The position numbers and the translations under genes were made by a program. 64,000 nt of DNA from a virus, in IMG/VR virus record IMGVR_UViG_3300028394_000034, one strand, 5' to 3'. The notes under the pieces were generated by a model. That model was not told the origin of the DNA. It made no database searches and saw only the letters and a program-made list of their open reading frames with translations. The first letter of the stretch is position 1, and each line of letters opens with the position of its first letter. Shown here one piece after another: positions 1 to 8,275 of this stretch.

Positions 1-1098
1 TTATCGTTAGCTGTTACAGGAGTTAGTTTACCAGGACATACTCATACAGCTTCTAATATAACAGACTTTAATAGTGCTGTTAGACTAAACACTCTTGATC
101 AATTAGGAGCCCCAACCTCTTCTGTATCACTAAATAGTCAAAGAATAACAAATCTAGCTACTCCCACAGGAGACGCAGACGCTGCAACAAAATCTTATGT
201 AGATGCTTTTAAGCAAGGATTGGATGTTAAACAAAGCGTGCGGGTTGCTACAACAGAAAATATAACTTTAAGTGGAACTCAAACAATAGATGGAGTTTCC
301 TTGTCTGTTGGAGATAGAGTTTTAGTTAAAGACCAATCCCTTGCTAATTTAAATGGTATATATGCTGTTGCCTCTGGTTCTTGGTCACGAGATACAGATA
401 CTGATACTAGTGCCAAAGTTACTGCTGGTATGTTTACTTTTGTTACTGAAGGAACGACCAATGCAGATTCTGGATGGGTACTAACAACTAATGACACTAT
501 AAACTTAGGATCAACCTTCTTATCTTTTTCTCAATTTAGTGTTGCAGGACAAATAACTCCGGGTGCTGGTCTTACTAAGACTGGTAATACAATAGATATT
601 GGAACTGCTAGTTCTTCTAGAATAGTAGTAAATGCTGATAGTATAGATTTAGCAACAGTATCTCAAAGCAACTCTACAGGATCTTCTGGAGCATCTTTTG
701 TACAGAGTGTGGGTGTGGACTCTTATGGAAGAGTAACGGGAATAGTTACTGGTCCTATTAATGTAGTCGATGCTACATCTTCAGTAAAAGGCATAGCTAC
801 TTTTGATAGTGGTGATTTTGTAGTTACTACTGGTAATGTTTCAATTAAGCTTGGTGGTGTTGATAATCTCCAATTAGCTAATAGTACAGTAACTGTTGGA
901 TCAACAGCTATTTCGCTGGGAGCTTCTGCTACGACTTTAACTGGGCTTTCTTCAGTTTCAAGTTCATCTTTTGTTGGGGCTTTAACTGGTAATTCTAGTA
1001 GTGCGACTGCACTTCAAACTGCTCGTACAATCAACGGAACTAGTTTTGATGGAACAGCTAATATTACAATAGCTTCTGTTGATGGCGGCACTCCCTGA
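1..1098 (+). CDS. Phage tail fibre protein, 5'-truncated by the window (COG5301-like domain)
   Basis: Frame 1 is open from base 1 (LSLAVTGVSLPGHTH...DAATKSYVDAFKQGLDVK), so the listed TTG at 220 is internal. Contains DAATKxYVD and GLDVKQSVRVATT..ITLSGTQTIDGV..GDRVLVKDQ..NGIY..W.R.D..FTFVTEGT.NADSGW, typical of tail fibres. Confidence 0.8.
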   Translation, partial: LSLAVTGVSLPGHTHTASNITDFNSAVRLNTLDQLGAPTSSVSLNSQRITNLATPTGDADAATKSYVDAFKQGLDVKQSVRVATTENITLSGTQTIDGVSLSVGDRVLVKDQSLANLNGIYAVASGSWSRDTDTDTSAKVTAGMFTFVTEGTTNADSGWVLTTNDTINLGSTFLSFSQFSVAGQITPGAGLTKTGNTIDIGTASSSRIVVNADSIDLATVSQSNSTGSSGASFVQSVGVDSYGRVTGIVTGPINVVDATSSVKGIATFDSGDFVVTTGNVSIKLGGVDNLQLANSTVTVGSTAISLGASATTLTGLSSVSSSSFVGALTGNSSSATALQTARTINGTSFDGTANITIASVDGGTP

Positions 1099-1117
1099 AT
1101 TTAATTAGGATTTATTA

Positions 1118-1945
1118 ATGACTACATTTAATGTTTATTATTCAGGAGGAGTAGTAAAATTATATAGAGATACTAACTCTAATTATAAAATATTGTCTAT
1201 AAATGATGGAGTTTCTCCAACACCTACTCCAACTAATACTCCAACAGCAGTAGTATCATTTACTCCAATGGCTGTGCTATTAACTAGTGGGTCATCATAT
1301 ACAGTTCCAGCTAATGCAACCACCATGAAAGCGTGGGTAATTGGCGGTGGCGGCTCTAATGGAAGTACAAACTGGGGAGGCGCTGGTGGTTGTGCATATA
1401 AAACATGGTCTGTTACTGGTGGTAGTACTTTAGCAATGACTATAGGTTCTGGAGGACCAAAGTGGGGCGCAAATACATCTGTATCTGGCGCTGGCGGAAA
1501 TACCACTGTTACTTATGGCGGTGTGACAATTACCGGCCAAGGCGGGACGCAAGGCGGTGGCGGCGCAAGCGGCAACAATTACAGCGGTGGTAGTTTTAGC
1601 GGCGGAGACGGTGGTGCTGCTGGTGGAACAGGTAGCGGCAGTATTTACACGGGCGACGGCGACTATTACGGCGGCGCTGTCGGTGGTAATGGAGCATCCA
1701 CGGGGTCTTGCAAGAGAAGAGTTATGACTGATATATCTGGATTAAAAGCAGCATTAACTCTTGCTGGAATATCAACCACAGAAACTTGTGCAGCTTCTGC
1801 TGCTTTTGGTTCTGGGGGTGCTGGTAATAAATATGGGAGTGTTGCGGCTGGCTATGGCGGCGGTGGAGCAATGGATAATACAATCGGCAATTGGGGAACG
1901 GCACAAGCTGGTGGTAATGGAGCTATTGTATTATATTTTACATAG
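1118..1945 (+). CDS. Glycine-rich virion/fibre-associated protein with short Pro/Thr linker; paralog of 5809-6453
   Basis: AGGA RBS upstream; PTPTPTNTPT linker, then YTVPANATTMKAWVIGGGG...GGNGAIVLYFT (phage Gly-rich domain pattern). Confidence 0.7.
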   Translation: MTTFNVYYSGGVVKLYRDTNSNYKILSINDGVSPTPTPTNTPTAVVSFTPMAVLLTSGSSYTVPANATTMKAWVIGGGGSNGSTNWGGAGGCAYKTWSVTGGSTLAMTIGSGGPKWGANTSVSGAGGNTTVTYGGVTITGQGGTQGGGGASGNNYSGGSFSGGDGGAAGGTGSGSIYTGDGDYYGGAVGGNGASTGSCKRRVMTDISGLKAALTLAGISTTETCAASAAFGSGGAGNKYGSVAAGYGGGGAMDNTIGNWGTAQAGGNGAIVLYFT

Positions 1946-1955
1946 GAGTAATTTA

Positions 1956-2474
1956 ATGGGCGAAATTTTAAGAACACCTTCTAATAAAGCAATTTTATTA
2001 ATGCCACGATCTGCTAGTCATTCAATTGGATTAGCAGCTTTAGAAGCATTTTGGCCAGATCAGCTATTTCAATACAATCAACAGCTTTCTAATAATATTT
2101 CAACAAAAATTCCACATCCTGCAGCATGTTTTCCACAATATGAAGCATTTATAGGACAAAATGATTTAGCTATAGTGTTAAGAAATCCTATCGAAAGATT
2201 TCGATCCATGTGTTCCCATAGGCCAGATATATCTATTGATCAACATTTATCTAATCCAATGTATGGCCCATTACCAAAAGGTCAATGGTTAAAAGTATTT
2301 TTATTTGAAATTCAGTTACAGGAATGTATTGATTGGTTAGGAATTACTTTACCACTTAAAAAAATAGATCCTACAGAAGAAAGTGATAAACCAATTTTAA
2401 CACCACAGCAAGAAGATAAAATTAGAGAAATATATAATGATGATATAATATTATGGAATTCTTTACAAAATTAG
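1956..2474 (+). CDS. Sulfotransferase-family-like protein (172 aa)
   Basis: ATG 1956 follows an AGGAG RBS and is preferred over 1761. PRSASHS resembles the 5'-PSB loop and IVLRNPIERFRS the 3'-PB motif (RxPxxRxxS). Confidence 0.6.
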   Translation: MGEILRTPSNKAILLMPRSASHSIGLAALEAFWPDQLFQYNQQLSNNISTKIPHPAACFPQYEAFIGQNDLAIVLRNPIERFRSMCSHRPDISIDQHLSNPMYGPLPKGQWLKVFLFEIQLQECIDWLGITLPLKKIDPTEESDKPILTPQQEDKIREIYNDDIILWNSLQN

Positions 2475-2525
2475 ATTAATTTTATTATTAGCCTCATTTT
2501 AATGGACAATCATAGTATATTGATT

Positions 2526-2540
2526 CAGTGTATATCATAG
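2526..2540 (+). promoter_or_regulatory. Candidate phage promoter motif (GTGTA), flanked by a 10-bp direct repeat TCATAGTATA at 2510 and 2535
   Basis: CAGTGTATATCAT in an intergenic gap; GTGTA begins 45 nt before ATG 2573; same core recurs in other gaps. Confidence 0.45.
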
Positions 2541-2572
2541 TATACTTGACTACCTTTATAAATGGATCAATT

Positions 2573-5500
2573 ATGCCAGCAATTACGAATATTATTCTAC
2601 GCAAAGGACCAGCCTCTGAGTGGGTATCTGTGGACCCAGTTCTGAATAATGGAGAACCAGGATATGATACTACAAATAATATTCTAAAAATTGGAAATGG
2701 TACTCTTAGATGGTCATTATTGCCAATTGCTGGGGTCCAAGGTATTCAAGGATTGCAGGGTTTACAAGGAATATCTGGAAGTCAAGGCTTGACGGGTCTC
2801 CAGGGAATATCTGGTACTCAAGGAATTACTGGAAGTGGTAGTCAAGGTATATCTGGAAGTAACGGCAGCCAAGGCACACAGGGTATTTCTGGAAATAGCG
2901 GAAACAACGGTAGCCAAGGTACTCAGGGCATTACCGGAAATAGTGGAAGTAATGGAAGTCAAGGAATATCTGGTAGTAACGGTAGTCAAGGCATTTCTGG
3001 AAATAATGGTAGTCAGGGTATTCAGGGAATTACTGGTAATATTGGAAGCAATGGAAGTCAAGGCATAGCAGGAAATGATGGAGCTCAAGGAGCTAATGGA
3101 AGTGCTGGTAGTCAGGGAGCTCAAGGGATTACTGGGAGTCAAGGAACTAGCGGAAGCAATGGAAGTCAAGGCATAGCAGGAAATAATGGTTCCCAAGGCA
3201 TTTCTGGAATCAATGGCAGTCAAGGAACTATCGGAAGTCAAGGGATTACAGGAAGCGGAAGTCAAGGTTTACAAGGTGTCCAAGGATTAGGAGGTAATCA
3301 AGGCGTTCAAGGATTGGAAGGTAGTCAAGGTGTCCAAGGGACAAACTTTACAGGATATGATAATGAAATCCATGTTAGTCAAGTAGATGGAAATGATACT
3401 ACTGGTAATGGTGACTTATTAAATCCAGTTGCTAGTATTACCAAGGCTTTAACTTTAGTAGGATCTCAACGCAAAACAATTATTGTTCATCCCGGTGGTT
3501 ATACTGAAAATCCATCAATAACAGTTCCATATACAACTATAACTGGTCCGGGGCTTATTGGCGGTAATATAGTACTTTATGGAACATTAAGCACAAATAC
3601 TGGTTGTACAATTGCTGGAATAAAGATGACAAACCTGACCATAGCTACGCCAACTGGTGCAGGAAATGTAAATATTTTAAATTGTGAGATTTCTGGCACA
3701 TTTACAAAAAGCAGTAACGCCGACTACACTGTTCTTCGTTTATGTGACTATGGCTCCGCAAGTATTACTGGTGCAGGTTTAGTTGCTATTTTTGGTGGTA
3801 ATCCAAATTTTACAACAGTAAATAATGCTAGCGCAAATATAATTATTAAAAGCGCTGTTACTGTGGCTCCAGTTTTAACTTCTGGAACTTTAAGTCTTGT
3901 AGATTCTGTAGTAGTTGCTGCTGTGACAAATGCTATCACATCAGCCTCTTCAAGTATCATTACTTTAGCCAACTGTCAAATGCTAACTTCGGCATTAAGT
4001 AATGTCGCCCCAGTTGTACTAAGTGGATTTTATTCAATATTAAATTGCGTATATGATAAAACAAACTCAACACTAATAGCATTGTCTGCAACTGGCGGGC
4101 CTACTAATTCTATTGATTACTTTCAATATATTAATGCAGACAAGTTCATTACTCAGGGTGGGTCTTCTACCCAATTTGTGAAGGGAGACGGTTCTCTTGA
4201 TGCTACAGGACCAGTAGGTCCAACAGGATCTCAAGGCATAATGGGCGCTCAAGGTATTACTGGAAATAACGGAAGTCAAGGTGTCACCGGAAGTTCTGGG
4301 AGTCAAGGAATCTCTGGGAATACTGGAAGTCAAGGAATAACGGGTAGTCAAGGTTCTTCTGGAAGCAACGGCAGTCAGGGTATTACTGGAAGTGCTGGTA
4401 GTCAAGGAATAATAGGTAGTCAAGGAACCCAAGGCATTCAAGGATCGTACGCAAATTTAACTACATCTTTAGTTGCAGGAAGTAACATAACATTTACCTA
4501 CAACTCGGGAACAGACACTCTAACACTCAGCACAACAGTAGCACAAGGAACGCAAGGAGTTCAAGGAGTTACTGGTAGTGGCAGTCAAGGTGCCTCCGGT
4601 AGTAATGGTAGTCAAGGAGCACAGGGTATTACAGGTAATAGCGGCAGTAACGGTAGTCAAGGAACAGCTGGTAGTAATGGTAGTCAGGGAATTAGTGGAA
4701 GCAATGGCGTTCAAGGCACCCAAGGTATTACTGGAAATAGTGGAAGTAATGGGAGTCAAGGAGTTCAAGGAGTCACCGGAAATTCTGGTAGTCAAGGGAG
4801 TCAAGGAGTTCAAGGAACACAAGGATCATATGCTAATTTGACAACATCATTGGTAGCAGGAAGCAATATTTCTTTTAGCTATAATTCAGGAACAGATACT
4901 TTAACTCTTAGTACAACGGTAGCTCAAGGAACTCAGGGTATTCAAGGAATTACTGGTAGTGGTAGTCAGGGAACCTCTGGCAGCAACGGGACTCAGGGTA
5001 CAACAGGCAGTCAAGGTACTACCGGAAGTAACGGTAGTCAAGGCACAGCCGGAAGTAACGGCAGTCAAGGAATTACAGGAAGTCAAGGTATCTCTGGCAG
5101 CAACGGCAGTCAGGGAACAACAGGTACTACTGGAAGCCAAGGAACTACTGGTAGTCAAGGTACTACCGGAAGCAACGGTAGTCAAGGCACTTCCGGAAGT
5201 AATGGCAGTCAGGGTACCTCTGGTAGCAATGGCAGTCAAGGTACTATCGGAAGTCAGGGTATATCTGGAAGTAACGGAAGTCAAGGTTTAACTGGTACTC
5301 AGGGAACACAAGGCATTACCGGACCAGTTGCTGGTTCAGCAAATCAGGTTGTTTACAAAAACTCAAGCAATATTGCATCTGGAGTTTCTGATTTTGTGTT
5401 CGATGGAACTAATTTGGGTGTTGGAATAGCTTCACCAACTAGCAAATTACACGTAGTAGGAAATACTAATTTAGCCGGAACTTTAACCTTTAACGATTTT

Positions 5501-5803
5501 ACTGAAAGTGTCGTAGCTATAGGCAACAGCTCTACTGCTAAAACAATAGCTTTAACAAATGGAACTGTTCAAACTTGTACTCTTACTGGTAATTGTACAT
5601 TTACTATGCCAACTGCTACTGCTGGAAAAAGCTTTACCTTATTTCTAAATACTGGATCTGGTTCTTTTACATCGACTTTTACTGGCGTTAAGTGGTCAGG
5701 AGGCGTAGCTCCCACAGTCACTGTAACAGCTAGTAAAGTAGACATTTTAAGTTTTGTTAGTGATGGAACTTCATGGTATGGAGCATATAGTCAAAACTAT
5801 TAA
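2573..5803 (+). CDS. Collagen-like tail fibre: Mtd_N-like N-terminus, Gly-X-Y tracts, putative beta-helix, C-terminal fibre-tip domain
   Basis: N-term IILRKGPASEW..DPVL..GEPGYDTT..LKIGNG..W..LP; long GSQGxxG tracts; HVSQVDGND.TGNG..PVASITKAL..IIVHPGGYTE beta-helix-type start; C-term VKWSGGVAPT..KVDILSFVSDGTSWYG. ATG 2573 preferred over GTG 2528. Confidence 0.8.
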   Translation: MPAITNIILRKGPASEWVSVDPVLNNGEPGYDTTNNILKIGNGTLRWSLLPIAGVQGIQGLQGLQGISGSQGLTGLQGISGTQGITGSGSQGISGSNGSQGTQGISGNSGNNGSQGTQGITGNSGSNGSQGISGSNGSQGISGNNGSQGIQGITGNIGSNGSQGIAGNDGAQGANGSAGSQGAQGITGSQGTSGSNGSQGIAGNNGSQGISGINGSQGTIGSQGITGSGSQGLQGVQGLGGNQGVQGLEGSQGVQGTNFTGYDNEIHVSQVDGNDTTGNGDLLNPVASITKALTLVGSQRKTIIVHPGGYTENPSITVPYTTITGPGLIGGNIVLYGTLSTNTGCTIAGIKMTNLTIATPTGAGNVNILNCEISGTFTKSSNADYTVLRLCDYGSASITGAGLVAIFGGNPNFTTVNNASANIIIKSAVTVAPVLTSGTLSLVDSVVVAAVTNAITSASSSIITLANCQMLTSALSNVAPVVLSGFYSILNCVYDKTNSTLIALSATGGPTNSIDYFQYINADKFITQGGSSTQFVKGDGSLDATGPVGPTGSQGIMGAQGITGNNGSQGVTGSSGSQGISGNTGSQGITGSQGSSGSNGSQGITGSAGSQGIIGSQGTQGIQGSYANLTTSLVAGSNITFTYNSGTDTLTLSTTVAQGTQGVQGVTGSGSQGASGSNGSQGAQGITGNSGSNGSQGTAGSNGSQGISGSNGVQGTQGITGNSGSNGSQGVQGVTGNSGSQGSQGVQGTQGSYANLTTSLVAGSNISFSYNSGTDTLTLSTTVAQGTQGIQGITGSGSQGTSGSNGTQGTTGSQGTTGSNGSQGTAGSNGSQGITGSQGISGSNGSQGTTGTTGSQGTTGSQGTTGSNGSQGTSGSNGSQGTSGSNGSQGTIGSQGISGSNGSQGLTGTQGTQGITGPVAGSANQVVYKNSSNIASGVSDFVFDGTNLGVGIASPTSKLHVVGNTNLAGTLTFNDFTESVVAIGNSSTAKTIALTNGTVQTCTLTGNCTFTMPTATAGKSFTLFLNTGSGSFTSTFTGVKWSGGVAPTVTVTASKVDILSFVSDGTSWYGAYSQNY
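2732..5324 (+). repeat. Degenerate 9-nt-period Gly-X-Y coding repeats in four tracts, plus a duplicated ~110-bp spacer (about 4440-4555 and 4822-4935)
   Basis: Tandem agtcaagga/ggaagtaacggtagtcaagg variants; spacer QGSYANLTTSLVAGSNI(T/S)F(T/S)YNSGTDTLTLSTTVAQG occurs twice. Confidence 0.9.
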
Positions 5804-5808
5804 TCTTT

Positions 5809-6453
5809 ATGTTTAGCTCTAGATTTAATCACTTTAAGAAAATATCTTTAGTGTCATCACCGACACCAACGCCAACATCTAGTGCTATCCCAGTTACTCC
5901 AACAAAAACACCCACACCAACACCAACACGAGCTGGTTCTTTTACTCCAGTAGCTTTTGTTATAACTACCGGAACTAGTCGATCAGTACCAACAGGAGCC
6001 ACAAGTATGAAAGCTTGGGTTATTGGTGGCGGTGGTGGCGGAGCATATGATCCTAGTGGGTGTGAAGGTAATTCAGATGGATTTTACGGAGGAGAAGCTG
6101 TGAAAACTTATTCTGTGACGGGAGGAGCGACGGTTACTTATGTTGTTGGAGCAGCAGGAGTGGGAGGTGTCACCGATGGAGCAACACAAGGAGGTACCAC
6201 AACATTAACTTATGGAGGAGTTACAATCACAGCAACTGGTGGTGGAACAGGTTGGATAGGATTTGCGGACGGAACAGGCTCTGGTGGTAATTTTAATCGT
6301 TCATTTCTTGCAGGTGGTGTACTGGATTTTCAAGGACGAGTAGCTGCCGTTACTCTTTCTGGAAGTAATCTCAATGCTGGGTTTAAAGGAACTTCAACCT
6401 CAGTATCTGCAACTAACGGTGCAGCTGGTGGTATAGTATTATATTTTACTTAA
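5809..6453 (+). CDS. Glycine-rich virion/fibre-associated protein with Pro/Thr linker; paralog of 1118-1945
   Basis: FTPVAFVITTGTSRSVPTGATSMKAWVIGGGG...GGIVLYFT matches the 1118 product. Confidence 0.7.
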   Translation: MFSSRFNHFKKISLVSSPTPTPTSSAIPVTPTKTPTPTPTRAGSFTPVAFVITTGTSRSVPTGATSMKAWVIGGGGGGAYDPSGCEGNSDGFYGGEAVKTYSVTGGATVTYVVGAAGVGGVTDGATQGGTTTLTYGGVTITATGGGTGWIGFADGTGSGGNFNRSFLAGGVLDFQGRVAAVTLSGSNLNAGFKGTSTSVSATNGAAGGIVLYFT

Positions 6454-7562
6454 TTAGGTAAAGAGACATAATCTGGAACGCTAGTAAAATTATAAATCTT
6501 AACTTCTCTAAAGACATCTTGTAAGATTTGATCATCATATAATTCTACTGCTGCTTGTAGCCATGATCGTGTCATGGCAGAATTATTAGCTTCATCAGAA
6601 GTAGTCCATTCTGTAGGATGGAGATAATAATAGGCTAAATATTTCATAGCTTTCTTAATACTTCCTTTACCTTCGCTATCTTCGTAATTCCAAACGTCGA
6701 TCCCCAAAGATTTTGCTATAGTAGCTAGATTTACTAGTAGTATTAGATTAAAATTACTATAGTGCCTATTTTTTACTCTGTTCATCTCTAAGACCTGTTT
6801 GCCGTCCATGTCTATTTGAGCACTTAATAAAGAGGTTAAATTATTTTCTAGATAAGTTCGTGCTTCAACTTCTTTTCCACAAGCACAAAGATAAGAACAT
6901 AATTGTTTCATATAAGATGTTTTAATATTGTGGCTATAGCTAGCTTGCAATACTCCTCTAGGGTTAGTTTTGAACCAATCACTTAGTGAATCAAACCATG
7001 AAACCATTCCACTTTCTAGTTCATTTTTCCAATGTGAACTAAGTTTGATTAGTTCAATAAAGTCTGGTAATATAGACAGCATATTGCTATCAATAATTGC
7101 TCCTCTAATACGCAGATCATCCATACTATCTCCGATAACTATTCCACTGTATGTCATACTAGGATTCATTTTAGTATTTTCATTAATAAAAAAAGTTTGA
7201 AGAGCTTCCATAGCTTTAATGGCATAGTCTTCAGATTTAGTGTAGTGATACAAAATAGAACATGAAGATACTAAAGATAATAGAGAATTTAAATATGGGC
7301 TATCAGAACTTTTTCTAGATTCAAGATTTCTAGTTCCATCAATTCGAATATAAGGAAATCCTGTTGGAGAGTTTGGATCTGGGTGATAGTATGGAGCTAA
7401 ACTTGTAAAATTATTAACTCCTGTTTTTTGTTTTAGTTCAGCAGAGCTTTGTGTGATACTTGGTAGTGGAGCATTGAGAATGTCTCCGCATTGTCCTTGA
7501 TAAAACGCTATTTGATCCGGGGCTAGTTGGTCCATTCTATTCTTATTTAATATTAATAGCAT
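6450..7562 (-). CDS. Alginate lyase (PL5 / PF05426)-like protein with altered NNH motif
   Basis: SLAPYYHPDP..G.PYIRIDG.RN.E, TKMNPSMTY, QID.DG.Q..E..R...HYSNFNL and GSIKKA..YL match the family. Confidence 0.75.
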   Translation of the reverse strand: MLLILNKNRMDQLAPDQIAFYQGQCGDILNAPLPSITQSSAELKQKTGVNNFTSLAPYYHPDPNSPTGFPYIRIDGTRNLESRKSSDSPYLNSLLSLVSSCSILYHYTKSEDYAIKAMEALQTFFINENTKMNPSMTYSGIVIGDSMDDLRIRGAIIDSNMLSILPDFIELIKLSSHWKNELESGMVSWFDSLSDWFKTNPRGVLQASYSHNIKTSYMKQLCSYLCACGKEVEARTYLENNLTSLLSAQIDMDGKQVLEMNRVKNRHYSNFNLILLVNLATIAKSLGIDVWNYEDSEGKGSIKKAMKYLAYYYLHPTEWTTSDEANNSAMTRSWLQAAVELYDDQILQDVFREVKIYNFTSVPDYVSLPN

Positions 7563-8275
7563 TATATTATCTCCTCAGATAGTGTAATTTTTTTAGTAAA
7601 ATTGTATTCTAAATCGCAGCTTGTAAATTTTTTATTTGGGCAGTGTATTTTATTCTTTATATTATATTTCATTTTTTCTCCATTCAGATCATTCATATTA
7701 TCCCAATTCAAATCACTACCAGTATTAAGGGTGGTTTCTATTTTAGAGTTTGAGATTGGATTAATCATACATGGAATATGTTTAAAATAATAATTAATTA
7801 ATTTGCATCTAGATATAAAATCAGTATCGTGTTTTCCAGCCGGTAAAAAAGATTCATCATAACCCCCGACTATATTAAAAATTTTTCTAGAACATCCTAT
7901 CCTACCATAAACTCCACGCTTAAAAATATCACAACATACGCCAATTTTTGTTCCCAGGCTTTTTATTTGACTTGTGGCATTTCCAATATAGTTGTCAATA
8001 TCTAAATTAAACACATAATCCCCAGAACTCAACCGCACGGCTAAATTCTTAGCAACTGGAATTGAATAACTATGATAATTTAATGTTCTATGATAATGAA
8101 CTCTATCGGAGATTCCAAATTTTGACATATACTGATACAATCCATCTCTTGAATCACAATCCACAATGATCCATTCAGTGTCTGGATTATTCTTAATATG
8201 ATTTATATTATGAAAAAAAGTTTGTTGAAACTGATAAAATCTATTTTTAACTTGAGAACAATATGAAATAATCAT
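7562..8275 (-). CDS. Glycosyltransferase, GT-A fold (GT2 with GT7C-like C-terminus)
   Basis: WIIVDCDS.DG, AKNLAVRLSSGDYVFNLDID (DxD), GGYDESF..G..D.DF. Confidence 0.85.
   Translation of the reverse strand: MIISYCSQVKNRFYQFQQTFFHNINHIKNNPDTEWIIVDCDSRDGLYQYMSKFGISDRVHYHRTLNYHSYSIPVAKNLAVRLSSGDYVFNLDIDNYIGNATSQIKSLGTKIGVCCDIFKRGVYGRIGCSRKIFNIVGGYDESFLPAGKHDTDFISRCKLINYYFKHIPCMINPISNSKIETTLNTGSDLNWDNMNDLNGEKMKYNIKNKIHCPNKKFTSCDLEYNFTKKITLSEEII

Noticed and set aside
1761-1955. Extended N-terminus of the sulfotransferase-like ORF
   Set aside because: Overlaps the Gly-rich gene out of frame; ATG 1956 has a clear AGGAG RBS.
2762-5291. Alternative-frame and antisense ORFs across the collagen gene
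   Set aside because: Shadows of the stop-poor 9-nt Gly-X-Y periodicity; no RBS or independent signal.
2732-5324. Collagen or Pro/Thr DNA repeats as a CRISPR array
   Set aside because: Repeats are degenerate, in frame and codon-periodic, without constant repeat plus unique spacer structure; no cas genes.
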